NCBI GenBank assembly: GCA_018902845.1 | Contig: JAHIPV010000001.1 | Span: 12,124 to 76,123, forward strand | DNA from: Patescibacteria group bacterium | GTDB taxonomy: Bacteria; Patescibacteriota; Microgenomatia; UBA12405 | Direction of reading: 5' to 3' | Length of the DNA: 64,000 nt | Shown: in pieces, positions 9,041 through 19,387 of the stretch | Numbering within the stretch: the first letter of the stretch is position 1 | How the letters are laid out: the number at the start of each line of letters is the position of its first letter | The notes under the pieces: model-generated | Database searches by the model: none | What the model saw: the letters and a program-made list of their open reading frames with translations, nothing else | Told to the model about the DNA's origin: nothing | Made by a program: the position numbers and the translations under genes

Positions 9041-9874
9041 ATGCTTTCTCTAAATCAACTCTTAAACCAATATAAACAAGAAAAAAAAGCCATATCTGCT
9101 TTTAACATCGATTGTTTTGAAATTTATCAAGCAATCGAAGAAGTTGTTGCCGAAACAAATCTTCCCTGCATAGTCCAACTGTCTCCCAATCAGGATCAAT
9201 TTATCCAAGCCGAACGCCTTTTTTTACTTGTCAAAAAAGCCAACATCGAAGGTTTGCCTATTTATCTTAATATGGATCACGGTAAAGACCCGGCTAGATT
9301 GGAAAAATTAGCCAAGCTTGGTTTTGATATGATTCACTTTGATGGTTCAATTTTTGATTATGACAAAAATTTAGATCTTGCCAAAACCTTAATAGATAAA
9401 ATTAAAAGTTTGTCTTTAAACACAATCGTTGAAGTCGAATTTAATAGGATAAAAGCCATAGATAATTCAACTTCTCAAGATATATTTACCAAACCTGATC
9501 AGGCCAAAGATTTTATTTTAAAATCAAAGGCCAATCTTTTGGCAGTTTCCATTGGCAATCTTCATGGTGTAAATATAAATCGACCGGAACAGCTAGATAT
9601 TTCTCTTTTATCAAAAATTGCCACCAATTTTCCAACAAATTCTTTTTTTACTCTTCATGGCGGTTCCGGCATTCCCCAAGATCAAATTAAACAAGCCATA
9701 AACTTAGGGGTTGTAAAAGTAAACATCAATACCGATCTTCGGCTTAAATTTAGAGACTCACTTCGCAATTCCATAAACAACACTAACTCCGAAAAAATTT
9801 ATGAATACATGACTCCAGTAATAAACGATCTTAAAGAAATCATTAAGGAAAAATTAATACAACTGTCATCGTGA
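9041..9874 (+). CDS. fba: Class II fructose-bisphosphate aldolase
   Basis: AFN, DHG, FDGS, VSIGNLHG, LHGGSG, KVNINT. Confidence 0.9.
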   Translation: MLSLNQLLNQYKQEKKAISAFNIDCFEIYQAIEEVVAETNLPCIVQLSPNQDQFIQAERLFLLVKKANIEGLPIYLNMDHGKDPARLEKLAKLGFDMIHFDGSIFDYDKNLDLAKTLIDKIKSLSLNTIVEVEFNRIKAIDNSTSQDIFTKPDQAKDFILKSKANLLAVSIGNLHGVNINRPEQLDISLLSKIATNFPTNSFFTLHGGSGIPQDQIKQAINLGVVKVNINTDLRLKFRDSLRNSINNTNSEKIYEYMTPVINDLKEIIKEKLIQLSS

Positions 9875-9974
9875 GCATAGCATGGCGATCTAATCGGGAA
9901 ACAGCTGTCATTGCGAGGAAATCACGTTTAAATTTCTTAATTTATTACGTGACGACGTGGCAATCCCGTCGGAA
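9865..9974 (+). repeat. Two tandem GTCAT-family palindromic elements
   Basis: GTCATCGTGAG..GGCGATCT (supplies the fba stop codon) and GTCATTGCGAG..GTGGCAATCCCGTCGGAA. Confidence 0.75.
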
Positions 9975-10025
9975 TCGAAAACTATATTATTAATTTATAT
10001 TTTAGATTTGTGATTTAATTACATT

Positions 10026-11006
10026 ATGCTCGACACAATCTCCATCGGCGCCGCCACTGTCGATATTTTTATAAAATCCGAAAGTTTCTCTGTTCAGGAT
10101 AATTCATCCTGCTCAAATAACCTGTCTCTTGTTTTACCTTATGCTTCAAAGGAGGAGATAAACCAAAGCCTGATTTGTTCCGGTGGTGGTGCCACTAACT
10201 CATCAGTTGCTTTTTCTCGTCTAGGCCTAAAGTCAGCCTGTGTCTCTCTTTTTGGTCAAGATAACTTAAGTAATTATGTTTTAACAGATTTAAAAAACGA
10301 AAAAGTAAATTACAAACATTCAATTCGTTTGAAAAAAGATAATACTGATTTTTCTGTTATTATTATCGCTCCGGATGGCGCCCGTACCATTCTTGTTAAC
10401 AGGGGTAGTTCTTGCTTGGAAAAACAGCACATAGACTGGGATTTTTTAAAAAAAACTAAATGGCTTTATATTACATCCCTAGAAGGCAATCTTGATCTTT
10501 TGGAAAACTTAATTGGTTTTGGCACAGAGAACAATATCAAAATTTCTCTTAATCCGGGTTCCCGCGAATTAGCTCAAAAAAAACTTCTCAAAAGCTTTTT
10601 GCCTTATATAGATTTTCTTTTACTAAACAAAGAAGAATCGGAAACACTTGCTGGTCTCAAATCAGATCATCGGGATTTTTGGTCGGAATTAAAGTCAACT
10701 GGTTCAAAAATCACAGCGGTTACAAAAGGGCGTAACGGGGCCTATATTATCTCAGATTCTCAAACTATTTTTTCTCCTATCATTAGTACTGTTCCGCAAG
10801 ATGAAACAGGAGCGGGGGATTCCTTTGGCTCCGCCTTTGTTGCCGGATTAATTCACCAGCAAGACATTCAAACCTGTCTTAATTGGGCTATCCACAATTC
10901 TGCTTCTGTGGTTTCTCATTTGGGCGCCAAAACCGGCCTTCTCACCCTTTCCAAAATCAAAAAACAAACTAAACTAAACCGCCCCCAAGTCTCATTTCCC
11001 GAATAG
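10026..11006 (+). CDS. PfkB family carbohydrate kinase
   Basis: GGGATN, NPG, NKEE, DETGAGDSF. Confidence 0.9.
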   Translation: MLDTISIGAATVDIFIKSESFSVQDNSSCSNNLSLVLPYASKEEINQSLICSGGGATNSSVAFSRLGLKSACVSLFGQDNLSNYVLTDLKNEKVNYKHSIRLKKDNTDFSVIIIAPDGARTILVNRGSSCLEKQHIDWDFLKKTKWLYITSLEGNLDLLENLIGFGTENNIKISLNPGSRELAQKKLLKSFLPYIDFLLLNKEESETLAGLKSDHRDFWSELKSTGSKITAVTKGRNGAYIISDSQTIFSPIISTVPQDETGAGDSFGSAFVAGLIHQQDIQTCLNWAIHNSASVVSHLGAKTGLLTLSKIKKQTKLNRPQVSFPE

Positions 11007-11010
11007 TAAA

Positions 11011-11205
11011 TCATTGTGCTCTTCCTACTACTCTCGTCATATCATTCCCTGTCGGTAGCACCTTTTTAGGTGAAGCACTTTCTACCGGTTGTGGCCTTCT
11101 TAGCTCCGTACCCCCTCTATCTCCTACATCAGTCTCTACTCTCCCAAGCCTAAACGGCGGAAGAAAAGCTTCACATCTTCCCACTACTCCTTTCATCATA
11201 GCCAT
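11011..11205 (-). CDS. Small hypothetical protein
   Basis: Fills an intergenic gap; TATAAT a few bases upstream of ATG; G-rich codons like other minus-strand genes. Confidence 0.45.
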   Translation of the reverse strand: MAMMKGVVGRCEAFLPPFRLGRVETDVGDRGGTELRRPQPVESASPKKVLPTGNDMTRVVGRAQ

Positions 11206-11330
11206 AAGTAATTATACATTATCTTTTATCTTTTTTCTCTTTTCTTCACCCCACTCCAAATTAATCAAAAACTTATCAATCTTCCTATCTTGCTTGAAAG
11301 AGTAGAGCTTTTAATTGATAATCAATTAAA

Positions 11331-12044
11331 ATGCTTCTCACCAAAGAAAAAATCAATCAAAAAAAGGGAATAAAAGCCGAACAGACGGATCTTGTCGAAA
11401 CTATTTCAAAAGTCGATAAAACCAGCAAAAACCGTCGTTTTGTTATCATCGCTCTTTTAGTTACCATTGGCTTGTCCGCCATTTTTGCAATTTATGACCT
11501 AGTTAAAAAAACAACCCAAAACGGTAAATATACTGATTTTTTGTCAAAAATTTCCCTCTCTAAACCTCAAACCGATATACCAACAAAAGATATCTCAACA
11601 CCAAACATTGACATATCTAGCCTTATTGAAGAAAAAATTATCAATCATCAGGGTGTTTGGTCTTTTTACATCAAATATTATTCCTTCGCCTCGCCACAGC
11701 CTTCAGCGTCGGCGGGTTCTGATTCGGAAAAAATTATTTACACCAGAAACGAATCTGTTTTTTTCTCTAAAAACAATCCAAGCGAAATTTTAAAATCTCT
11801 AAAAGACCCAGATGATAAACAGGCAAAAATATTTACAAAAAACTTACCGGACGGTTTAGAAATCTATGAAAAAAATCAATCAACAGAAAATTCAATCGAA
11901 TCGCATCTTCTTATCATTCTTCCAAACAATAAACAAATCTTTATTCTTATTAAGACTACCGAAGTTAAAGACAATTCTCAGCTCCCATCCCTTATATCTC
12001 AACTCGTATCTGATATCTACTGGTCCCTCCTTCAATCAGACTAA
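11331..12044 (+). CDS. Hypothetical membrane-anchored protein
   Basis: Single N-terminal TM helix; GC-rich insert at 11682-11716. Confidence 0.7.
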   Translation: MLLTKEKINQKKGIKAEQTDLVETISKVDKTSKNRRFVIIALLVTIGLSAIFAIYDLVKKTTQNGKYTDFLSKISLSKPQTDIPTKDISTPNIDISSLIEEKIINHQGVWSFYIKYYSFASPQPSASAGSDSEKIIYTRNESVFFSKNNPSEILKSLKDPDDKQAKIFTKNLPDGLEIYEKNQSTENSIESHLLIILPNNKQIFILIKTTEVKDNSQLPSLISQLVSDIYWSLLQSD

Positions 12045-14284
12045 TTTATTGTTGGTGTCGGGGTTGTTTTGGGCAAACATCTGACTCCATTCTCTGTTCC
12101 CTTAACAAAATAACCTTCTTTTCCACAAACCGTTGTCTTAACTATTCCCTCGGGCATTTGCCACTTCTCTTCTTCACGATTTTCTAGTATTTCCGTCATT
12201 ATTCTATTCCAAATCGGTGTTGCTCCCGAAATTCCCGAAGCTACCCAGCTCATCGGGCTACCATCGTTATTGCCTACCCAGCTGGCTACTAGCACTGACG
12301 GTGTCCATCCTATACACCAATTGTCTTTTAAATTATTAGTTGTACCGGTTTTTACCGCCACAGTCCTTTCCGGAATTTTTAACTTGGAATTAAAACCAAA
12401 AATAGGAGCCCTGGCCGTATCGTCACTCAAGGCTTCATTTATCAAAAAAGCTAATTCACTGGAAACAACCCTATTTTTGTCCGTCTCCTTTTCGTAAATT
12501 CTTTCGCCTAAATAATTTTCAACTCTTAAGATGGGATTAACTTCATTTTTTTTTCCTTCATTGGCAAAAATGCTATACGCCTCAGCCAGTTCAGTCATTT
12601 TTACTTCTCCCGCTCCCAGTGCCAAAGACAATCCAAATCTACTTCTATCTTTCCAGCTAGTGATCCCCATTTCTTCGGCCAAATCTATCATATCCATTAC
12701 TCCGTTTTTTTCTAGTAATTTTACCGACGGAATATTTAAAGACGAAGCTAGGGCGATTTTTAAAGTAACAGTTCCCATGTATTTCCCGTTGTAATTTTGT
12801 GGAGAATAGGGATCTTGTCCGGCAATTTGGTAAGTGATACGGTCATCGTCTATCAGTGAAGATAGTGTCCATCCTTTTTTCAAAGCTAAAAGGTAATTAA
12901 TCGGCTTAATTGAAGACCCCGGTTGTCTCAATGCCACTGTTACGTTGAATTTTCCGTCAACATCGTTCGTATAATAATCTTTTGATCCCACCATTGACAA
13001 TATATCTCCGTTTTTTGTGTCTATGATTAATACTGCTCCGTTGCTGATTTTCAATTTTAAGACTTTTGCTATTTCCTCTTTCACAATTTTTTCTGCCATT
13101 AATTGTTTTTCTCTGTCTAAGCTTGTAACAATTCTAAGTCCTGATTTTTCAATATTTTCAAAATTTAGTTTTTCTTCTAGATACTTTTTGACATAAAAAA
13201 CAAAATGTGGAAATTCTATATTTTTAATATTATTTTTTATTTTTATTTCTTCTCCTGACACCTTTTTTGCTATCTCTTCATTTATAAAACCGGCCTTCAC
13301 CATTTCATCTAACACTCTTTTTTGTCTTAACAATGCAAATTCCGGATTTTTTCCATAAGGAGAATAAGAGCTTGGCGCCGCTGGTAATCCTGCCAAAAAA
13401 GCTGCTTCAGCCAAATTTATTTCCCAAACGTTCTTATCAAAATATTTAAGAGATGCTTCTTGCACTCCGTAACTTTCTCCTCCATAAGCCACTTGGTTAA
13501 AATATCGTTCTAGTATTTCATTTTTTGGCAGTTTCCATTCCAAAGCTATCGCCAAAACTGCTTCTTTCAATTTTCTCTTCCATGTTTTTTCACTACCCAA
13601 AAATACATTTTTAACTACCTGTTGGGTTATGGTAGATCCTCCTCTTGGTGGGAACTGGTCTTTTCTTAAGTTGTAAAGTATCGCCTGAAAAACCCCTTTT
13701 AAAGAAAATCCCGAATGGCGGTAAAAATCTTTGTCTTCAATAGAAATTGTTGCCCATACTAAAGTTTGTGGAATTTTAGACAGGGGAATCCAAGTTCTAT
13801 TTTCATCTTCATAAAATTTGTAAAGTAAACTCCCGTCTCTATCCACTATTTTGCTTGACATTGGTGGGGGAGTATAAATTTTTTCAATATCGGGTAAATC
13901 AATCAAAATTTCTTTATAGAATATATAAATTCCAAAACTAAAAACTCCCATCAACAGCGACCCCAGTAACCAAACAATCCACATCCAATTTGCTTTTTTC
14001 TTTGCCTCGCCATTAATCCTTTTCTTTAATCTTTTCTCTTTGCCTCGCCAAAGTTTCCAACGACGGCGGGTTTTCCTCTTCTTCATTTTTCTTTTAAAAC
14101 AATTTTCCCAATTATTAAATTTCTTTATTCGTTTACTTATCTTGTTTTTCTTTGTTTTTTTATAATTCTTAATTCTTAACTCGTAATTCTTAATTAATAT
14201 CATTAACAGTCCAACAATAAGTTTTATTATCCTGTAAATCGGCCTTCCCATCCTTATCAAAAAACTTCTTATCCAAACAAACAT
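12041..14284 (-). CDS. Class A penicillin-binding protein (PBP1A family)
   Basis: EDKDFY.H.G, GGSTITQQ, RKLKE; transpeptidase SSIK, SLN, KTG. Confidence 0.93.
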   Translation of the reverse strand: MFVWIRSFLIRMGRPIYRIIKLIVGLLMILIKNYELRIKNYKKTKKNKISKRIKKFNNWENCFKRKMKKRKTRRRWKLWRGKEKRLKKRINGEAKKKANWMWIVWLLGSLLMGVFSFGIYIFYKEILIDLPDIEKIYTPPPMSSKIVDRDGSLLYKFYEDENRTWIPLSKIPQTLVWATISIEDKDFYRHSGFSLKGVFQAILYNLRKDQFPPRGGSTITQQVVKNVFLGSEKTWKRKLKEAVLAIALEWKLPKNEILERYFNQVAYGGESYGVQEASLKYFDKNVWEINLAEAAFLAGLPAAPSSYSPYGKNPEFALLRQKRVLDEMVKAGFINEEIAKKVSGEEIKIKNNIKNIEFPHFVFYVKKYLEEKLNFENIEKSGLRIVTSLDREKQLMAEKIVKEEIAKVLKLKISNGAVLIIDTKNGDILSMVGSKDYYTNDVDGKFNVTVALRQPGSSIKPINYLLALKKGWTLSSLIDDDRITYQIAGQDPYSPQNYNGKYMGTVTLKIALASSLNIPSVKLLEKNGVMDMIDLAEEMGITSWKDRSRFGLSLALGAGEVKMTELAEAYSIFANEGKKNEVNPILRVENYLGERIYEKETDKNRVVSSELAFLINEALSDDTARAPIFGFNSKLKIPERTVAVKTGTTNNLKDNWCIGWTPSVLVASWVGNNDGSPMSWVASGISGATPIWNRIMTEILENREEEKWQMPEGIVKTTVCGKEGYFVKGTENGVRCLPKTTPTPTIN

Positions 14285-14333
14285 CTATCTTATTTTAACT
14301 CACTCACACTACCCTTTAAATACCCAAAAGCAA

Positions 14334-16439
14334 TCAATCTGTTTTTTCTACAACTGGACAATCTAAGCAAATAAAATAGCCTCCCGCATCTTCTATTACT
14401 GTTCTTTCTTGCCATTCTGCGTTGGGAATATCTTCTCCCTCTTTAACAATTTGACCGGTATCTTTATTAACCACCACTGTTCTTTTTGTAGGCATACTTT
14501 TTGTAGGCAAAAATTCTTGTTTAAAATATTCATATCTCGAATCACATCCTTCTTCCGGAATCAGTCCTCCGGTTAAGTTACAGATATGCATACCAACTAT
14601 ACTAGCGGGCATTACCGGCTTTTTAACCAACTTATCTTCCAGTATTTTTGTCATAACATCATTCCAAATCGGTGAAGCTCCAGTTATTCCGGATACCACC
14701 CATCCCATTTTTGAATTATCATTATTTCCTACCCAGCTAGATACTACATAATCAGCAGTAAAACCTATTGTCCAGTTATCTCTCATATCGTTAGTTGTAC
14801 CCGTTTTCACTGCCACTTCCGGATGGTCTTTTATGTTCAACAATGATCCTCTACCAAATACCATTGATCTGGCGCCATCATCAGATAAGATATGTTGAAT
14901 CAAAAAAGCCGTTTCTCTAGACAAAACTCTTTCTCCTGGTATATATTCATACTCGTCAATCACCTCTCCGTTCCTATCCCTTACTTCCAAGACATAATTT
15001 AAGTCTTGCTTGATTCCCATGTTAGCAAAAACACCAAAAGCGGTATTCATATCTATCATCTGCACTTCTCCTCCTCCTAAAGTTAACGACAAACCATAAT
15101 TAGAGGCATCTTTAAAGGTACTGATTCCCATGCTTCTAGCAAAATCTACAAAAGTTTCTACTCCGTTTATTTCTAGCATTTTTACTGCCGGAATATTTAA
15201 TGAATTTCCCAAACAATTTCTCAAAGATTGTATTCCATAATAAGACCAACCGTAATTAGTCGGGCAATAATCTTTTTGGTTTATCATCTTAAAACAAGTC
15301 TCTTTATCACCAAAAACCGATGCCGCCGTTACATTTCCAAGTTCCAATCCCAAAGCATAATTCAGTGGTTTGATCGAGGAACCGGGTTGTCTTAATGCTG
15401 TTGTCACATTAAACTGCCCATTAATATCATTGGCAAAATAATCTTTTGACCCCACCATTGCCAGCACTTGTCCGGTTTTAGCCTCTGTCACCAACACTGC
15501 CCCGTTCGTTACATCGTATTTTTCGATTTTAGCAATTTCAGAGGCTACACTTGTTTGTACATAATCCTGCAATTCCATATCTAAGGTAGTTGTCACTTTC
15601 AAGCCTCCTTCCTGGATTTTTTTTAGTCCATATTTTTCAGTCAATTTTTCTCGCACCAAAAGTACAAAATGAGGAGCCAATATTCCTTTTTTCGAGACGA
15701 AGTATTTAAGTTCCCCTGTTTTGGCATTTTCCATTTCTTCTTTGCTTATAAATCCTTCTTCGTTCATTCTTTGCAAAACCAATTCTTGTCTTTTTTTTGC
15801 CGCTTCAGGATGAGCAAAAGGGGAGTATTGTGTCGGTGATGCCGGCAATCCGGCAATCAAAGCTGACTCGGCTAAATTTAATTCTGATACGTTTTTGTCA
15901 AAAATACCTTTTGCCGCCGCTTGTGCTCCCCAAAGAGTTCCGCCATATGGAGTTTGGTTGAAATACATTTCAAGAATTTGATTTTTCGAATACAAAATCT
16001 CCACCATCCCGGTTAACAGCGCCTCTTTGATTTTTCGCTTTATTGTTCTTTCTGGAGTTAGTAAGGCATTTTTTACTAATTGCTGGGTTATGGTCGATCC
16101 CCCTTGCAATCTTTTTTTAAAAATCGTTCTATATAATCCTCTGGCAATTCCTTTCAGATCGAATCCAAAATGTTTGTAAAATTTAGTGTCCTCAATCGCC
16201 AGAGTTGCGTTTTTTAAATCTTTTGGTATCTGGTCCAAATCTACCGGAACCCTATTCTTGTCAGAGAATATCTCATACAAAAGTTTTCCTTTTCTGTCAA
16301 AAATTAGGGATGACTCAGGGTATTCGTGTGTAGATAATTTTCTCGGACTTGGTAAATCTCTAAGCAAAAAAACAACCAACAAAAAAACCAACCCCAATAC
16401 TCCCAAATATATCCACCTCTTTTTTTTACTCTTCTTCAT
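14334..16439 (-). CDS. Class A penicillin-binding protein (PBP1A family), paralog
   Basis: EDTKFY.H.G, GGSTITQQ, SSIK, SLN, KTG. Confidence 0.93.
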   Translation of the reverse strand: MKKSKKKRWIYLGVLGLVFLLVVFLLRDLPSPRKLSTHEYPESSLIFDRKGKLLYEIFSDKNRVPVDLDQIPKDLKNATLAIEDTKFYKHFGFDLKGIARGLYRTIFKKRLQGGSTITQQLVKNALLTPERTIKRKIKEALLTGMVEILYSKNQILEMYFNQTPYGGTLWGAQAAAKGIFDKNVSELNLAESALIAGLPASPTQYSPFAHPEAAKKRQELVLQRMNEEGFISKEEMENAKTGELKYFVSKKGILAPHFVLLVREKLTEKYGLKKIQEGGLKVTTTLDMELQDYVQTSVASEIAKIEKYDVTNGAVLVTEAKTGQVLAMVGSKDYFANDINGQFNVTTALRQPGSSIKPLNYALGLELGNVTAASVFGDKETCFKMINQKDYCPTNYGWSYYGIQSLRNCLGNSLNIPAVKMLEINGVETFVDFARSMGISTFKDASNYGLSLTLGGGEVQMIDMNTAFGVFANMGIKQDLNYVLEVRDRNGEVIDEYEYIPGERVLSRETAFLIQHILSDDGARSMVFGRGSLLNIKDHPEVAVKTGTTNDMRDNWTIGFTADYVVSSWVGNNDNSKMGWVVSGITGASPIWNDVMTKILEDKLVKKPVMPASIVGMHICNLTGGLIPEEGCDSRYEYFKQEFLPTKSMPTKRTVVVNKDTGQIVKEGEDIPNAEWQERTVIEDAGGYFICLDCPVVEKTD

Positions 16440-17067
16440 GCCACTCTTCCAATTCTACAATCAATTCCTCTAATTCACTTTTTTGATTTTTTGTACTGGT
16501 TGCCATACTTCTCAAAACCTCTTCATTCTCAAGATCCTCTAAATTTCTTTTAAATACTTCTCTATAAACCAAACGGGCATCGTCTAGCTGGGAATCTATT
16601 AATTTTTTTTCACTCTCCTCTATCTTTAGCGACCATTCTTTTGATTTTTTTAATTTTTTAACAGCATCTCGTGCTGATTTCAAGGACAAGCTTGTTTTAT
16701 TTTTTTCCATCAGTAACAAGCTCTCTGATATCCTTTTATCGGCCAAAAATAATAGCAATTTTGATTTATCCACCGGCTCTCTGGCTAGTTTTAACCATAG
16801 ATAATTCCTTATTTCTTTAAAACCATAAAAAAAATTGTCCGGCAGGGTTTTTATCTCTGGTAGTTTGTAATTTATTTTTACCCTCCTTCCTTCTTTGTTT
16901 ACCTTTTCTACACTTATTGGTTTAACTCGGTAACTATCATAATTTTTTTCACTAGCCAACACTTCCCATGACGTTGCCACCAGAGAAACGAATAAAATCC
17001 CTAAAGATACAAAAAAACACATCAATACATAATAAACATACCCACTTCCTAGATTAATCTTTTTCAT
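16426..17067 (-). CDS. Membrane-anchored protein, DUF5667-like
   Basis: LP...LPDNFFY.FKEIR..L..ADKRISE pattern. Confidence 0.6.
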   Translation of the reverse strand: MKKINLGSGYVYYVLMCFFVSLGILFVSLVATSWEVLASEKNYDSYRVKPISVEKVNKEGRRVKINYKLPEIKTLPDNFFYGFKEIRNYLWLKLAREPVDKSKLLLFLADKRISESLLLMEKNKTSLSLKSARDAVKKLKKSKEWSLKIEESEKKLIDSQLDDARLVYREVFKRNLEDLENEEVLRSMATSTKNQKSELEELIVELEEWHEEE

Positions 17068-17101
17068 TGGTCTCTTATTCTATCAAATTACACAAACTAT
17101 C

Positions 17102-17764
17102 TCACAATTTTCCACTTTCCCTTTTTCCATGAAAAAAAGCATATCCTAATCCCACTTTTTCCCCTTTCATTTTTGGCTTCATATATAAATATTGCCCCCC
17201 GAAAGCCACCAGGTTCACCAACCACCAGAACAAATTAAACCGTTTGTCATCCCGAGCACGGTCGAGGGATCCAGTTGGAAATGTAAAAAGATCTAATTTA
17301 TGCCTCCATCGGGATTGCCACGTCACTTCGTTCCTCGCAATGACGGTTTGGTCTACCCATCTTTTATTTTCCCCCACAAACTTTTCATAAATATTTTCTT
17401 TATTTAAAACTGCTTTCAAAAACATTAAATCACTCGCACTTATTTTTGTCTGCTTAAACTTTGGTAGTTCCAAACTACTTTCATCCAGCCACATATTAAA
17501 ACAAAACTCATCTTTTCTTTCTTTTTTTCCAACTCTTCGGTGGGGGATTTTCTTAAACCTTATATAAAAGTTCAAAAACAATCTAGTCATCCACAGCCTA
17601 TTTTTCTTCGTTATTACTAATATGTCTATATCATCATTTTTCTTTGCCCCGCCGGCTCCAACCGACCCGCTCACACCCACAAACAAAATATTTTTAAATC
17701 CCAACAAATGCTTTTTTACTAGATTCTCTGTCTTTTTTAGTTTATTTTTACTATATTTATTCAC
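17102..17764 (-). CDS. Nucleotidyltransferase-domain protein
   Basis: GVSGS.....DDIDIL motif; carries palindromic inserts. Confidence 0.75.
   Translation of the reverse strand: MNKYSKNKLKKTENLVKKHLLGFKNILFVGVSGSVGAGGAKKNDDIDILVITKKNRLWMTRLFLNFYIRFKKIPHRRVGKKERKDEFCFNMWLDESSLELPKFKQTKISASDLMFLKAVLNKENIYEKFVGENKRWVDQTVIARNEVTWQSRWRHKLDLFTFPTGSLDRARDDKRFNLFWWLVNLVAFGGQYLYMKPKMKGEKVGLGYAFFHGKRESGKL
17246..17344. repeat. Convergent pair of GTCAT-family palindromic elements, in-frame
   Basis: + strand GTCATCCCGAGCACGGTCGAGGGATCC..GGAAATGTAAAA (17246-17289); - strand GTCATTGCGAGGAACGAAGTGACGTGGCAATCCC (17311-17344). Confidence 0.8.
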
Positions 17765-17846
17765 CCAATCTATTCTAAATCATCTTTTCACCTCGTACGT
17801 CTATTCCCATCAAACACATACTATAATATCTAACTAGCATATTTCT

Positions 17847-19346
17847 ATGAACAAAAACAGCAAAATTTATCGTCTTTGGGAAATGATTCCAGGCTTTTTT
17901 GCCTGGGTAGTAATTCTTTTTCCTATTGTCGGTTCTTTTATTATGCCAAAAGCCGTTGCTTATTTTGTTATCGCTTTTTTAATTTATTGGATTTATCAAT
18001 CCTTTAAATCTGCCATATTAGCCGTTATCGGTTATTTTAAGATTAAAAAATTTACCCAAATCAATTGGAAAAAAAGATTTTTTAAAAACAAGGACAAAAA
18101 CTTTTTACCATATGACAAAATAAATCACGTAATAATAATTCCATCATACAAAGAACCTATAGATATCATTGATATGGCTTTCGGCAGTTTGGCCAAACAA
18201 ACCGACATTAGTTTAAAAAAACTTCATGTAATTTTGGCCCAAGAAAGTCGAGCCGGTAAAGAAAATAACCAGAAAACCAAAAAATATTTCAAACAAAAAT
18301 ATAAAGACACTTTTGGAAATCTTGTTTTTACAGAACATCCACCCGGCTTACCAGGTGAAACCATAGGTAAGCACAGTAACGAAGCTTGGGCCGCCAAATA
18401 TTTCAAAAAAAATTACATAGACAAAAGAAAAGATTTAAATTTTAACTGCACCACTCTTACTACTTGCGACGTCGATACTATATTTAACCCAAAATATTTT
18501 TCAGCCCTAACTTATTTTTTTGCCTCAACCGAGAACAGATATTACAAATTTTGGCAATCACCAATTTTTTGGCATCACAATATAGACAAAGTTCCAGCGC
18601 CTATAAGAATAGTTGGTACCATGGGAAACATAATTCATATTGCTAACATTCAGGAGCCGGATGGTCTGTTTTTTAATTATTCTTGCTATTCCTCGTCATA
18701 TAGGCAAATTCATCTGGTCGGTTATTGGGATTTAGATGTTATTCCGGAAGATTGGCATATTTTTTTACAGTCATTTTTTGGCACTGGAGGCAGAAGTTCG
18801 GTGGACCCAATTTTTCTTCCAACCATAGTTGACGCTCCCAGCGGAACAAATTATTTCAATGCTCTAAAAAATCGTTACAATCAATGTCTTCGTCATGCTT
18901 GGGGAGCTACAGATATTGCTTATGCCATCGAACAAGCTCGCATTCACAAAGAAATTCCTTTACTCACTCGTATTTTAAGAATTTACAAACTTATAAAAAC
19001 CCATCTGATTTGGTCCAGTAATTGGTTTATTTTGACTCTGGGAACCAGTCTTCCTTCTATTTTAAATCCCAGGTTTTTCCAAACCTCTTTTGGTTACAAC
19101 TTACCCAAAATAGCCAATATAATCCTAACTATTTGTTTATTACCGCTTCTCGTCCTTATAATTTTGGATTGGAAATTAAGACCAAGGGATACAAAAAAAA
19201 CTTTTACTGATTGGTTCAAAAATTTGATTCAATGGCCGTTGATGCCAATTGCCACCCTAACCATGTCAGTTCTTCCCGGACTTCATTCCCATACCCGTCT
19301 TTTTTTTAACAAACGTCTTGAATATCAAACCACCAAGAAAAGCTAA
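17847..19346 (+). CDS. Membrane family 2 glycosyltransferase (synthase-like)
   Basis: IIPSYKE, DVD, PEDW, QCLRHAWG, flanking TM helices. Confidence 0.8.
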   Translation: MNKNSKIYRLWEMIPGFFAWVVILFPIVGSFIMPKAVAYFVIAFLIYWIYQSFKSAILAVIGYFKIKKFTQINWKKRFFKNKDKNFLPYDKINHVIIIPSYKEPIDIIDMAFGSLAKQTDISLKKLHVILAQESRAGKENNQKTKKYFKQKYKDTFGNLVFTEHPPGLPGETIGKHSNEAWAAKYFKKNYIDKRKDLNFNCTTLTTCDVDTIFNPKYFSALTYFFASTENRYYKFWQSPIFWHHNIDKVPAPIRIVGTMGNIIHIANIQEPDGLFFNYSCYSSSYRQIHLVGYWDLDVIPEDWHIFLQSFFGTGGRSSVDPIFLPTIVDAPSGTNYFNALKNRYNQCLRHAWGATDIAYAIEQARIHKEIPLLTRILRIYKLIKTHLIWSSNWFILTLGTSLPSILNPRFFQTSFGYNLPKIANIILTICLLPLLVLIILDWKLRPRDTKKTFTDWFKNLIQWPLMPIATLTMSVLPGLHSHTRLFFNKRLEYQTTKKS

Positions 19347-19387
19347 TAAATCTACAATCCGACACAAAAATAATCTATAATAAATTT

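Noticed and set aside
16490-16512. GTACTGGTTGCCATACTTC as another inserted element
   Set aside because: Single copy in the window and no clear hairpin; cannot be supported
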